A stretch of DNA of 64,000 nt from Escherichia phage PGN6866, in the sequence record MT127620; one strand, 5' to 3'. The notes under the pieces are model-generated. The model did not search any database. It saw nothing but the letters and a program-made list of their open reading frames with translations, and was not told where the DNA came from. Position 1 is the stretch's first letter. Each line of letters starts with the position of its first letter. Made by a program: the position numbers and the translations under genes. Positions 51,480-60,891 of the stretch are shown in pieces.

Positions 51480-51661
51480 TTTACAACCTTAAATTTGAAT
51501 GTTGTTGGGTGGTAATAGTGCAATCTATTGATAGTGTGCTTTGTTTCAAGGTATATCCTGCAAGAGTGGCACATGACATGGGTCAGACCAGTCACAGGGT
51601 TGGGTTTGAAGTTAGCGATAGGTTTCTCTTTCTTACAGAAGCTACAGACTTTCTTTTCCAT
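51476..51661 (-). CDS. small zinc-ribbon protein
   Basis: CSFCKK...CHSCRIY; trimmed to internal Met MEKKVCSF. Confidence 0.3.
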   Translation of the reverse strand: MEKKVCSFCKKEKPIANFKPNPVTGLTHVMCHSCRIYLETKHTINRLHYYHPTTFKFKVVK

Positions 51662-51875
51662 CTTTTCTCCAGTGGTCAACGAATTGCTGAAACACTTTAC
51701 GGTCAAATGTGAAATTACGAGCAATTCCGCATTCTCTAAAAGTGGCAGGCATATAATCTACATCACCTTCAGATGTATGACCATAGACTTGAATAAGCTT
51801 CTTAATCTTATCCTTCTCTCTTCGAGGAAGCATTCTAAATGCCTCCTGAATATCTGTAATATGTTTGATTTTCAT
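51642..51875 (-). CDS. hypothetical protein
   Basis: 77 aa; ATG at 51875 after AGGAA. Confidence 0.4.
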   Translation of the reverse strand: MKIKHITDIQEAFRMLPRREKDKIKKLIQVYGHTSEGDVDYMPATFRECGIARNFTFDRKVFQQFVDHWRKDGKESL

Positions 51876-51887
51876 CAGAAATTCCTG

Positions 51888-52022
51888 CTAATCCTCTGGA
51901 TTATGAGAACAGCAATACTCACATACTCCACAACAAGGGCAAATTTCTACACTTGGGTCATATGCATCATCAACTGTCATCCCACACTTGGTGCAGAACA
52001 CATCGTCATCTTCTTCCAACAT
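51888..52022 (-). CDS. small Cys-rich zinc-binding protein (43 aa)
   Basis: Hand-translated MLEEDDDVFCTKCGMTVDDAYDPSVEICPCCGVCEYCCSHNPED; GGAGA upstream; TAATG overlap; below track cut-off. Confidence 0.35.
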   Translation of the reverse strand: MLEEDDDVFCTKCGMTVDDAYDPSVEICPCCGVCEYCCSHNPED

Positions 52023-52270
52023 TAATTCTCCAAACAAGAATCATTCATCAGTAGCTCCAAACTATCAAGTGTGTAGTAATAACCAAAGAATGGGGCTGTT
52101 GACTTGGAAACCTTTTTATCAAAAAGAGATTGAGAAAGATTTATTTCTACTCCAGCATCTTCAAGCTGTTGTTTTGTGGGGTATGTAATGAAAGAGCAAA
52201 GCACTTCTGTGTACTCCCCTCTGTCTGTCTCTTCAACACGACTCAGAATCCAAATACTTTTACTAGCCAT
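52022..52270 (-). CDS. hypothetical protein
   Basis: 82-aa ORF. Confidence 0.4.
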   Translation of the reverse strand: MASKSIWILSRVEETDRGEYTEVLCSFITYPTKQQLEDAGVEINLSQSLFDKKVSKSTAPFFGYYYTLDSLELLMNDSCLEN

Positions 52271-52271
52271 T

Positions 52272-52928
52272 TTAACTCTCCAAAGTTTTCTTCAGAGCTG
52301 CCCATGAGATTGGGTAGAGTTTAGCCATCTCTTCATCTAGAGATTTAGCAAACACTCGAACTTCATATTGAGCGTGAGAGGAGAGTCGCTGACGGCACAA
52401 CTCAAACCAGCCATACAAAGAACCAGTCCACACCCACTCAGTGATCATCCCCTGAGGAAGAACAAATCGAGCTTGCTCTGGTGCAATAAATTCAATCAAC
52501 TTGTCATATGCTGCTAGAGAAGCTTCATATGCATCGTTAATCAGCATTAATGCTTCAGCTCGCTCTCCGTCGATGAGTTGAATCCCTGAACCTGCATGGA
52601 GGTCCGAAGGTCTCGCAAAAATCTCTTTAGGGATGAAGACTTCAACTGCTCCATCTTTATACCGCCGGGACATTTCGTTCCACGAGAATCCAACCTGATG
52701 CTTCTGTAGTTGACGAGCGATTGCAATTGGAGCCTTACAACGAAAGGACACTTGTGGATGACGGAACGGGGTGCAATGTTTCTCTCTAGCTAAGAAGTTA
52801 ATCAGCCGAGTATCACGATCATTCAAATCACCCTCTCGAACAACACCAAAAGAAACCCTTGCAGCATTAACAACAGTTTTATCACTGCCCATAGCTTCAA
52901 TCAATGTTGCTTGCAATTGTTCATTCAT
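52272..52928 (-). CDS. thyX: flavin-dependent thymidylate synthase (ThyX)-like protein
   Basis: 218 aa; RHPQVSFR and SWNEMSRRY resemble the ThyX RHR...S and SxxESxRY motifs, with Pro in place of the second Arg. Confidence 0.55.
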   Translation of the reverse strand: MNEQLQATLIEAMGSDKTVVNAARVSFGVVREGDLNDRDTRLINFLAREKHCTPFRHPQVSFRCKAPIAIARQLQKHQVGFSWNEMSRRYKDGAVEVFIPKEIFARPSDLHAGSGIQLIDGERAEALMLINDAYEASLAAYDKLIEFIAPEQARFVLPQGMITEWVWTGSLYGWFELCRQRLSSHAQYEVRVFAKSLDEEMAKLYPISWAALKKTLES

Positions 52929-53400
52929 ACTTCAACTTCTCCTTGTTATAAGCAATCTCTGCTTCCTCTGGAGTGTGGAAAGTTCCTAAATGCTTAGTCT
53001 TTCCATTAACTCCGATGATAGCTCTGAATTTTGTACCACTAGCCGTTTCTCTGATGTAAACACCCATTGGAAGTTTTCCAGCTTTTCCGGCTCTGTTGTA
53101 TTGTTTTCTGTTATGACAGTTTGTAGATGGGTCAACATCTCTTAGATTTTTAAGAGAGTCATCCAGTTTAATCTGGTTGATATGATCAATCTCAAACTCA
53201 GGCATCTTTCCATAAGAGAAAAACCAAGCTAATCGACACGCTCTGTAAGATTTCCCTTCATAATAAATGTACCTGTAACCGGATGTTGAGACACACCCAG
53301 CAATGCTCCCTGATACTCTCCTACCTTTAGTATTCTTCCACCTAAAGATTCCAGTATCAGGGTCATATGCTAGGTCTTCTTTTATCTTATCAGTTAACAC
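52921..53400 (-). CDS. HNH homing endonuclease with AP2-like DNA-binding domain
   Basis: 159 aa; EFEIDHINQIKLDDSLKNLRDV...NCHNRK then YRGV-type AP2-like C-terminus. Confidence 0.65.
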   Translation of the reverse strand: MLTDKIKEDLAYDPDTGIFRWKNTKGRRVSGSIAGCVSTSGYRYIYYEGKSYRACRLAWFFSYGKMPEFEIDHINQIKLDDSLKNLRDVDPSTNCHNRKQYNRAGKAGKLPMGVYIRETASGTKFRAIIGVNGKTKHLGTFHTPEEAEIAYNKEKLKYE

Positions 53401-53665
53401 CTAAAGCTGTATCCAAAAATGCTTTCAGGTTTGCTTCAGTCTGCATACCAGAGAGGCTGTAGTGTGCACCACTGTTACGGTCAGGAACAACGAAAGCAGG
53501 GATACTTCGTACACCATACTTAACAGCTTGCTCACGACCATCACCTTCAAGGATGTTAATCTCTTCCACTTCTACATCAAACTCCTTAACAACCTTCTCA
53601 AAGGTAGGAGCCATTGCTTTACATGGAGCACACTGATCACTATAAAACTTAATTACTTTAGACAT
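53390..53665 (-). CDS. thioredoxin/glutaredoxin-like protein
   Basis: 91 aa; active site CAPC, cis-Pro region SIPAF. Confidence 0.7.
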   Translation of the reverse strand: MSKVIKFYSDQCAPCKAMAPTFEKVVKEFDVEVEEINILEGDGREQAVKYGVRSIPAFVVPDRNSGAHYSLSGMQTEANLKAFLDTALGVN

Positions 53666-53673
53666 GTAAATCC

Positions 53674-53853
53674 TTATGCAGTCAGGAGGTGAAGCAGGAA
53701 TGGGATAACAACAGCTACGATAACCATGATGGTTGATGCTGTTTGAATCTCACCTTTCTTATCAGGAGTTTCTTCAATAAGCTTACCAGAAGCCCAATAA
53801 ATACCACCACCAATAAAGATAGCCCAAATACCCCATACGATTGCTGATAACAT
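53674..53853 (-). CDS. small two-TM membrane protein (59 aa)
   Basis: Hand-translated MLSAIVWGIWAIFIGGGIYW...IMVIVAVVIPFLLHLLTA; AAGGA upstream; replaces track ORF 53715..53987. Confidence 0.4.
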   Translation of the reverse strand: MLSAIVWGIWAIFIGGGIYWASGKLIEETPDKKGEIQTASTIMVIVAVVIPFLLHLLTA

Positions 53854-53913
53854 ATATCTATATCCTTATAAATAAGTTCGCCCCACCTCGGGTTAGGAGA
53901 CAGGGCGGAGGTT

Positions 53914-54477
53914 TTAGTAAGACACGTCACCACTTGAATGGGACATGTTGCTCTTGACGAAGTAGCAATATTTGCCAAGACCTTCATTAATTTCTTGAAG
54001 CATACTCTGATCGACAGGGTAGGTGGCTAAATCACCATCAAACTCATCCATCTTCTCAATAATACACATCAAGGTCATGCACATATCAGAGAGCATACCG
54101 TCCATATCTAGGTCAGCATTACCCTCTGAGAACCAAGCATGAGAAAGATAGTTAGCTGCTGTAGCGTCCACTTTAACGCAGTGGTAACGCATACGTTCAG
54201 CAATACGATCTCCTACCTGTCGTGCGTAATCTTCCAGCTCATCAAACATACCATGAACACCCTGAAATCCTGCACCAGAGACGTTCCAGTGGTAGTTTTT
54301 AGCTTTGATATGCAAGAGTTCCATGTTAGCTTGTAAGCAGCTCAGGATGTGTTCTAGGCTGTTTCCACTAATCATACCTTGCATCGTTTCAAGGCGAGAG
54401 ATTGATAGGTCGGACCGGTCTAACATGCTATAACTGTCACGACCAATCTCAGGTAAATCAAAGACATTCTTATGCAT
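53914..54477 (-). CDS. Dps-like ferritin-superfamily protein
   Basis: KNYHWNVSGAGFQGVHGMFDELEDYARQVGDRIAER matches the Dps signature; start set to ATG 54477 after GGAG. Confidence 0.6.
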   Translation of the reverse strand: MHKNVFDLPEIGRDSYSMLDRSDLSISRLETMQGMISGNSLEHILSCLQANMELLHIKAKNYHWNVSGAGFQGVHGMFDELEDYARQVGDRIAERMRYHCVKVDATAANYLSHAWFSEGNADLDMDGMLSDMCMTLMCIIEKMDEFDGDLATYPVDQSMLQEINEGLGKYCYFVKSNMSHSSGDVSY

Positions 54478-54799
54478 TTGGGTTTTCTCCATCAAGTTCA
54501 ACTGAGTTAGCAACGTTACGTGCAATATTATCCATTACCTGCTGGGTAATTACGATGCAGTTCTGTGGGTCTACTGACTTAGAACGCCCCATTTCAGGGT
54601 CATACACCTTAACTCGCTTAGCAGTTGAACCTGTAACCTGAAGAACCTTCAACAGATACCCCTGATTACCAATAGACCAAGCAACAACATCACGATTCTT
54701 GATAAAGCGACCAAGCATATCACGATGATAAAACTGTTGCATCACCTTGGATTTTGTAATCTCTTCAGTGGGCGGGGCCACTTTACTCAAATCTAACAT
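54470..54799 (-). CDS. hypothetical protein
   Basis: 109-aa ORF. Confidence 0.4.
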   Translation of the reverse strand: MLDLSKVAPPTEEITKSKVMQQFYHRDMLGRFIKNRDVVAWSIGNQGYLLKVLQVTGSTAKRVKVYDPEMGRSKSVDPQNCIVITQQVMDNIARNVANSVELDGENPNA

Positions 54800-54871
54800 A
54801 ACTCTCTCCTGTAAAATACAAATTCTTATTGTACTCTATATACATTTGAGAGTTATCATATCTACTACCAA

Positions 54872-55081
54872 TCAGTAGTAAAGTACTTTAGACATAAAAG
54901 AACCAGTGTTAGGGTCTTCATACCAGCGATGTATGTCAGCGCTTTTTACTATTGTGCCCAGAGTCTTCAACTGTTTCTTAGCAATACGAGCCTCTTTGCG
55001 AGTGTCAAACAATTTGATGCTATCTTTTCTCATGTGTTGCTCAAGATCCCAAACAACATGAATAGCCCACATCTTTTTCAT
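54872..55081 (-). CDS. hypothetical small protein, tandem paralogue
   Basis: 69 aa; similar length and pattern to neighbour. Confidence 0.4.
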   Translation of the reverse strand: MKKMWAIHVVWDLEQHMRKDSIKLFDTRKEARIAKKQLKTLGTIVKSADIHRWYEDPNTGSFMSKVLYY

Positions 55082-55290
55082 TAGTAATGCACCTTTCCAC
55101 TGATATAAATACGACCAGAAGAATACTCCTTGGCCTTATGGATACTGATACTATTGACCACATCACCAGTAAGCATAGTCTTTTTAAAATCTCGAGCTTG
55201 TTGGCGAGTGGGTAGTGCAGTCATAGTCATGCCACCTGATGCCCACTTAATCTTTGCTAACCAAAATTGTCTCATAGTGATCGGTCTCAT
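55081..55290 (-). CDS. hypothetical small protein, tandem paralogue
   Basis: 69-aa ORF. Confidence 0.4.
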   Translation of the reverse strand: MRPITMRQFWLAKIKWASGGMTMTALPTRQQARDFKKTMLTGDVVNSISIHKAKEYSSGRIYISGKVHY

Positions 55291-55493
55291 TTTACTAAAC
55301 CCTTCATGTAGTCATAAAGATCATTAGAAGCTTTACCCCATTCAAGGTGCTTCTTATCCATATAACGCTTACAGACTTCTTTATCACTTTCATCACAAGT
55401 GTCAAATCGATGACACGCCCGACCAAATACCATTGCTTTTAACTGAGCATCGGTAGTTAAATATTTAAGTTCTTGAAACTCTTCTTTATTCAT
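55287..55493 (-). CDS. hypothetical protein
   Basis: 68-aa ORF. Confidence 0.35.
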   Translation of the reverse strand: MNKEEFQELKYLTTDAQLKAMVFGRACHRFDTCDESDKEVCKRYMDKKHLEWGKASNDLYDYMKGLVK

Positions 55494-56027
55494 TTACACA
55501 CCCTTAGATGCAACTACACCTTCAGAGTTATTATAACGCCCCTTCACTGCATAGGAGTGTTCCCCTGCATGAGAGTGCTCAAACATGACCATCTGACCAA
55601 CACGCATACCAGCACGAACTCGTAAGCTGTGGTGCTTGGTTACGTTATGGAACTCAAATGTCAGCTTACTGCTATTGAATCCAGCGTCTGCCCATCCAGC
55701 GTGGAGGTGATTCAAACCACAACGAGCCATAGACGAACGCAGAACAAACAGGCTTGAGATGTTATCTGGAAGGTTAAACTCCTCCATAGAGTGAGCCAAG
55801 AAGAACTGACCCGGAGTGATAACCAAACCCTCTTCAGGAATCTTTACTTCCTTCCACTGAAGATTCTCTTTCGCATCAATATCAACGATGCCATCAGCCT
55901 GTTCTTCAACAAGGATAGTATCACCAATACGGATATCCACACTAGCAGCGTTAACATACTTATGCTCCGCATCCAGATAGCCATTGTCAATTACATCATG
56001 CAGTTCAATACTTCCTAGTAAACTCAT
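55494..56027 (-). CDS. dCTP deaminase/dUTPase-family protein
   Basis: 177 aa; N-terminal ...VNAASVDIRIGD... resembles dCTP deaminase. Confidence 0.65.
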   Translation of the reverse strand: MSLLGSIELHDVIDNGYLDAEHKYVNAASVDIRIGDTILVEEQADGIVDIDAKENLQWKEVKIPEEGLVITPGQFFLAHSMEEFNLPDNISSLFVLRSSMARCGLNHLHAGWADAGFNSSKLTFEFHNVTKHHSLRVRAGMRVGQMVMFEHSHAGEHSYAVKGRYNNSEGVVASKGV

Positions 56028-56036
56028 TCTTATTCC

Positions 56037-57407
56037 TTAGTTATTTGTTTCCATGTCAAAAGAGATTCCACGACCCGCTTCATCGGCAAACCGAACTGTA
56101 CGGGTTTGAGGTTCTAATACTTCAGGGTTGTTAGCAATAAAGCGATCAGCGAGACTGCGGCTGTCAGCCGCAGCGAGTTCCTCATGAGAAGGAGTATCAA
56201 GATCGGAGAGACTGCCTACCACATCTTGGGCCACACCTTCATCAGTCCACACAGCCCTAACAGGTGCGTTGATATCACCGACAGCAAAACCCTGACCAGA
56301 GAACTGACGTGCGCTAACAGTTAAACCATTTGGTCGACCACGAGAGGGTCTAGCCATCCATCGCTCCATAGAATCACTTGTAATACCGAGAGCTTCTTCA
56401 AAAGATGCTCTACGAGTAGGGCTTACTCTTCGTGACTCTTGTGCTCTACGCATTGCAGGGGCTACAAACACCCCTTCAATTGCATTATGTCGGTTAGGTT
56501 CTTCTTCCCTTCCAAGCAAATCTCCACCCGTGTTGGTTGTTAAGTTTGTCAACCCTTCAGACCAATATGCATAAATCTGACCAGAGCCATGAACACTTGA
56601 CATTAACTGAATTTCTTCGTAAGGGATTCCAAAGAATCGACTCATGTCTCGGTTAACACAATATTGAGCACTTGTTGTATCCTCAACAAGAGCAACCTGA
56701 CCTCGTTCGTTGACCAGATGATTAATCGGTTGAGGTGTAGGAAGGTATCGAGTTTGTGCCATATATTGATATGCAACAGATGGAGCGGAGAATCTTAATA
56801 CCTGTGAATTAGGCCACTTCTTGTGAACATACTTGATTTCACGACTAGAGACAACCACTGGACAAGGAGAGGTCATAGCCAAATATCCATGGGGGGTCAT
56901 GAACAGCTTGTCAAGAGTCATCGCACCACGGCACATCATAGGAAAATTATCCAATACCTCTTCAATAGAAGTAGGATAATTAAACATGAATTGGATACGA
57001 ACCCCATTCCACTGAAACTCAATAATATCAGTGAATGTTAATTGAGAACCCCCAGCATAGGATTCGTTTGTAGCTTCAGCAAGAAGTGATGAATACTCAA
57101 TATCTTGCGACTCTAGCCATTCCTTCACATTACTTTCAATCTCTCTTCCAAGAGCTTGCCAACGGTCAGTTGATGTGAAAGTGTTTCTACCAGCAGGAAG
57201 CTGCCCTCTGACAATAAAGATATCAATGTCATGTGGTGCTATATTGTTAAGAACAGCATCACGAATAGCCCCACCAGTAATGATGGGATAGATACCGTCT
57301 GGAATCAAGTTGTTGTTAATCAACTGTTCAATGAAGTGACGACCAACAGTGATATCAGGTTGTTGAGCAACCTTATCTTCAATTTGGTTAATCGGGATAA
57401 CAATCAT
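56037..57407 (-). CDS. nucleotidyltransferase of the CCA-adding/poly(A) polymerase head-domain family with divergent C-terminal region
   Basis: PIITGGAIRDAVLNNIAPHDIDIFIV; ATG at 57407 in TAAAATG coupling with exonuclease stop. Confidence 0.55.
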   Translation of the reverse strand: MIVIPINQIEDKVAQQPDITVGRHFIEQLINNNLIPDGIYPIITGGAIRDAVLNNIAPHDIDIFIVRGQLPAGRNTFTSTDRWQALGREIESNVKEWLESQDIEYSSLLAEATNESYAGGSQLTFTDIIEFQWNGVRIQFMFNYPTSIEEVLDNFPMMCRGAMTLDKLFMTPHGYLAMTSPCPVVVSSREIKYVHKKWPNSQVLRFSAPSVAYQYMAQTRYLPTPQPINHLVNERGQVALVEDTTSAQYCVNRDMSRFFGIPYEEIQLMSSVHGSGQIYAYWSEGLTNLTTNTGGDLLGREEEPNRHNAIEGVFVAPAMRRAQESRRVSPTRRASFEEALGITSDSMERWMARPSRGRPNGLTVSARQFSGQGFAVGDINAPVRAVWTDEGVAQDVVGSLSDLDTPSHEELAAADSRSLADRFIANNPEVLEPQTRTVRFADEAGRGISFDMETNN

Positions 57408-57408
57408 T

Positions 57409-57966
57409 TTACATTTTCCAATATAATGAAGGTGGGTCGTAAGGGTCAAATCCCGTGAGTTCACACAAGAAAAGATAAACCTTAACAGTTAAGTTAACGT
57501 CCTGTTCACAATAAGTAAACATATCTTCAGTGAAAGCATCCCATGCTTCCTCTTGCTCACCATAATCGCCCTTAAGCTCTCCTAAGAACTCACCCCACTG
57601 CTTCAAACCATGACCTCTTGGGCCACGTCTAGGGTCGCCTTTCGGATACTCAGGACTGTCACCAATACGGTCAGGTTTAAGATATCGACTAAGACATAAA
57701 GTGTCAAAGACGTTAAAATGATAGTTGATTAAAGAGGGATACATCTTCTTCAGAGCAGGTAAGTCGAAGTCAATAATATTATGACCCACTAGTACATCTG
57801 CTTCTGTAAGTTTACGAATCCCGTCTTCAATTTGGTGAGGCCGATAGCCCCACCTTTCACCAGTTTCAACATCAAAGATATAAATACACCATACTTTAGT
57901 TATGTCATCGTATAGTGCATTACTCTCGATATCGAATGCAAACACTTTCTTCTTTTTCTTTACCAC
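57409..57966 (-). CDS. 3'-5' exonuclease (DnaQ-like), stand-alone
   Basis: 185 aa; Exo I FAFDIES and [15 protein letters not shown]. Confidence 0.7.
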
Positions 57967-59750
57967 GGTGAAGCTCCATCTGCTTGGTTGACGAGAGAAG
58001 CTGCATCCTCTCCGTTAGTTAAAACGAATGGATTATCTTCATCAACTTCAAAGTCTTCCCTTTCTACAAGTCTACCGGTTTCACTGATATACTTAGTATA
58101 GCAGACACCTGTCTGACCGTAGTTACGTTCTTTCAGTAATCGAATGACTGAGAGGTTCTTAGCTAAGCCATCAGCTTGCTTGTCACGCTCAAAGCCAATG
58201 ATACACTGACACCAACGCATAAGAGAACGAGAGCCAGTGAACTGTACTTCACGTACCTGTCCACCTTCTTCATGAGGAGCACCACCTGCCGGAGCATTAA
58301 GGTGAGATAGCACGAAAGCGGTAAAGTCTAGCTCTTTACACATACCAGCAAGCTCGGAAGCAATCTTACTGATTTCAGTGTTAATCTCTGAAGGTGTTAA
58401 ATGAGATACCAGAGCGGTAATGTTATCAAGGATGATAAATTTACACTGGTTTTCAACTACCCAGAAACGGATGCACTGTTTAATGTCTTCCCATTCGTTC
58501 TGTCCGAAGTTGTCATACAAGAAGAATTTGTCTGCATAACGAAGTGCTTCATTACGCAAATCCTCCTCATCATATTCAACATCAGGTCGGTGGAAAGGAA
58601 TTGATGCCGACTTACCAGCAATGTTCTTAACAGACATGCCTACCTTCTCTTCCAAGAAGAAGCCACCTCCATTAAAACCATGCTCTAAGCACAGATGAGC
58701 AACCAGCTCATGAGCAATGAGTGTTTTACCACTACCTACTCCACCACCAATTGCTACCACCTCTCCCCATCGAATACCGAAGGTCATCTCATTCAGAGTC
58801 TTCCACGGATATGGGATACCCCACTCCGCTTTCTTCAGAGCGTCATCAAGACAATCAAAGATTGTTACAGCACCAGCAGGAGATTCCCGCTTTGCTGAAT
58901 ACTTGAGAATGTTGAATAACTCTTGACCACGACCAGACAGAAGCATGTCATTCGCATCCTTAATCTCTTTCTCCACACCGTTGTATGGGAAAGTTCCTTT
59001 AGGAATACGAGCAAACTTAACATGAGGGAATAAAGAACGACCTTTTGTTAAAGCTATCTCACCTGCATCATCGTTGTCCATGCAGAGCACAACCTCCTCA
59101 AAACCATTTACGAAGTCTCGATTACGAGACAACACAGAAGAGATTGAACCTGCACCGAACGGTAAAGAAACACATGCTGGTTTAATGTTTGTTGCATTTG
59201 TAAAAGCTGTAAGGACATGGAAACCTGACATACAGGATAGCGGGTCTTCAAAAATGAAGAGCTTCTTGTTGTACACATCTCCACGTTGAGCTTGTGCCAT
59301 ACCAAACAAATCCGCTTCTTTCACACTGCCGACGTAATAGAACTTCTTACTATCTAGCAGCTTAACCTCATATCCGACAATGTTTCCATCACGTTCACGA
59401 GGAAAGAAGTAACTGTCTGGTGTCTGACCATCAGTTTGACTGAGGCCAATACGACACTCAAAACGCTCTGATACAGCTTTAGGGATTAAACGTCGAGTAA
59501 GTTCGCCCTGAGGAAGCTCTAAGCAATCATCTAAGACTTCTCTCAACTCTTCAGGGGATAACTCTTTCTTCTCGTTTGGAGTAGGTGTAGTGCCCTTTTC
59601 GAACACTTCGTAATTCCCACAACGGTTACAACTTCCCCACTCCTCACCAGTCTCTTCGTTACGGAAGAGAATCATGTGGTTGTGGGTTTTATCACGACCA
59701 TGAGAGATACATTCCTTACAACCTGTGTCTCCCAAAATGATCTTTGACAT
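57960..59750 (-). CDS. DNA primase-helicase (T7 gp4-like)
   Basis: 596 aa; N-terminal Cys zinc-binding segment, TOPRIM-like acidic motifs, Walker [12 protein letters not shown]. Confidence 0.85.
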
Positions 59751-59776
59751 GCTCTTCCTCCTTGGAATCCTTGAGC

Positions 59777-59989
59777 TTAGTAGAACGAACGAATTTCATC
59801 CCACACTTGTTCCTGTTCTTTCCTATAAAAAGAAAGTTGGGTCTTGAACATCTCCACTGATGATTCAAAGTTTTTGGTTTGTGCAGCTTCAACGAAACGT
59901 TCATGTCGGTTGATTTTGCACCGTAGCATTAAATACTTGGCTTCAAGTCTCCGAAGAGCCTGCCTTTTCTCAAGATTCATTTTAGTCAC
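59777..59989 (-). CDS. hypothetical protein
   Basis: 70-aa ORF. Confidence 0.35.
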   Translation of the reverse strand: MTKMNLEKRQALRRLEAKYLMLRCKINRHERFVEAAQTKNFESSVEMFKTQLSFYRKEQEQVWDEIRSFY

Positions 59990-60215
59990 ACTCTACTTCT
60001 ATATCATAGTCAATATAGGGTAGAAGCTCTAGGAGCTCAGGCGGGAAATCATCTTGAGTGATACGGTCAGTTCTTGTATTATAGGCTACATCACCTCCCT
60101 CAGAGATGGCCCAATCTCCATTCTCTATCTGGGGGATTGTGGAGAAGTTATAAAAAACAATATTGGTATCCTCATCATAGAATGCGGATACACATTTTAT
60201 CTTTTTGAACTCCAT
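59982..60215 (-). CDS. hypothetical acidic protein
   Basis: 77-aa ORF. Confidence 0.35.
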   Translation of the reverse strand: MEFKKIKCVSAFYDEDTNIVFYNFSTIPQIENGDWAISEGGDVAYNTRTDRITQDDFPPELLELLPYIDYDIEVECD

Positions 60216-60216
60216 A

Positions 60217-60636
60217 TTAACCCTCGTTTTTCAGATACTCTGACCAGTCTCCTGACTCAACCAGAACATCTTGTTCTTCGTCGATATGATAAATCCAAGC
60301 GATAACAGTTTCACCTGAGTCCATCTTAACAGCAATCTGAGTACGCTGATAGAAGCTGTCTTCAGGGCTACGTTTGTTGTAACCTTCCAGACGGTCATAC
60401 GGACCTTCCAGACCTGCTTTGTCAGTAGCAAACACTTCTACACGAACAGGCTTGTTGTTATTGCTGTGTGCGAGAGAGATGCTCGGGAAGTAGGAACCAC
60501 CGTAACGGAACAGATCAAAGTTGTCTTCAGTCCAACCTTCACCAATTGACTTAGCACCAGCTCGGTCATTAACTAAATAGTTAGCTTGACCACGACGAAG
60601 AGAACCATAAGTTGCTACGTAAATTACTTCTGACAT
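60217..60636 (-). CDS. gamma-glutamyl cyclotransferase (AIG2/GGCT)-like protein
   Basis: 139 aa; N-terminal VIYVATYGSLRRGQANY fits the YGSL/YGTL-type motif. Confidence 0.5.
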   Translation of the reverse strand: MSEVIYVATYGSLRRGQANYLVNDRAGAKSIGEGWTEDNFDLFRYGGSYFPSISLAHSNNNKPVRVEVFATDKAGLEGPYDRLEGYNKRSPEDSFYQRTQIAVKMDSGETVIAWIYHIDEEQDVLVESGDWSEYLKNEG

Positions 60637-60705
60637 TATCTATACCTTTGTTGGTTTGTTTAGTTTATCCGAACTAGCCTCCTCTTTCGAAGAGGCTAAA
60701 GCAGA

Positions 60706-60891
60706 TTACTCTGTAATAAAGATTTTGATTACACCACAGATTGCTGCACTCTCAAACACTGCAACATTTTCACTTCCCTGAAAGAAGGCCACTTTGCCGT
60801 CAGAGAAGTTAAACATGTCAGCATCTAGGTCCATAGCTCGCATTTCACCAGCGGCATTGGTATCTTTAAACAGAACTTTATACTTATTCAC
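60706..60891 (-). CDS. hypothetical protein
   Basis: 61-aa ORF. Confidence 0.3.
   Translation of the reverse strand: MNKYKVLFKDTNAAGEMRAMDLDADMFNFSDGKVAFFQGSENVAVFESAAICGVIKIFITE

Noticed and set aside
53715-53987. Minus-strand 90-aa ORF
   Set aside because: Overlaps the Dps-like gene and a better-supported 59-aa two-TM gene (53674..53853) with its own Shine-Dalgarno and coupling to the thioredoxin start.
58401-59305. Plus and minus short ORFs inside the primase-helicase gene (58401..58604, 58695..58926, 59074..59289, 59108..59305) and 59716..59904
   Set aside because: Embedded in or overlapping the strongly supported primase-helicase frame.
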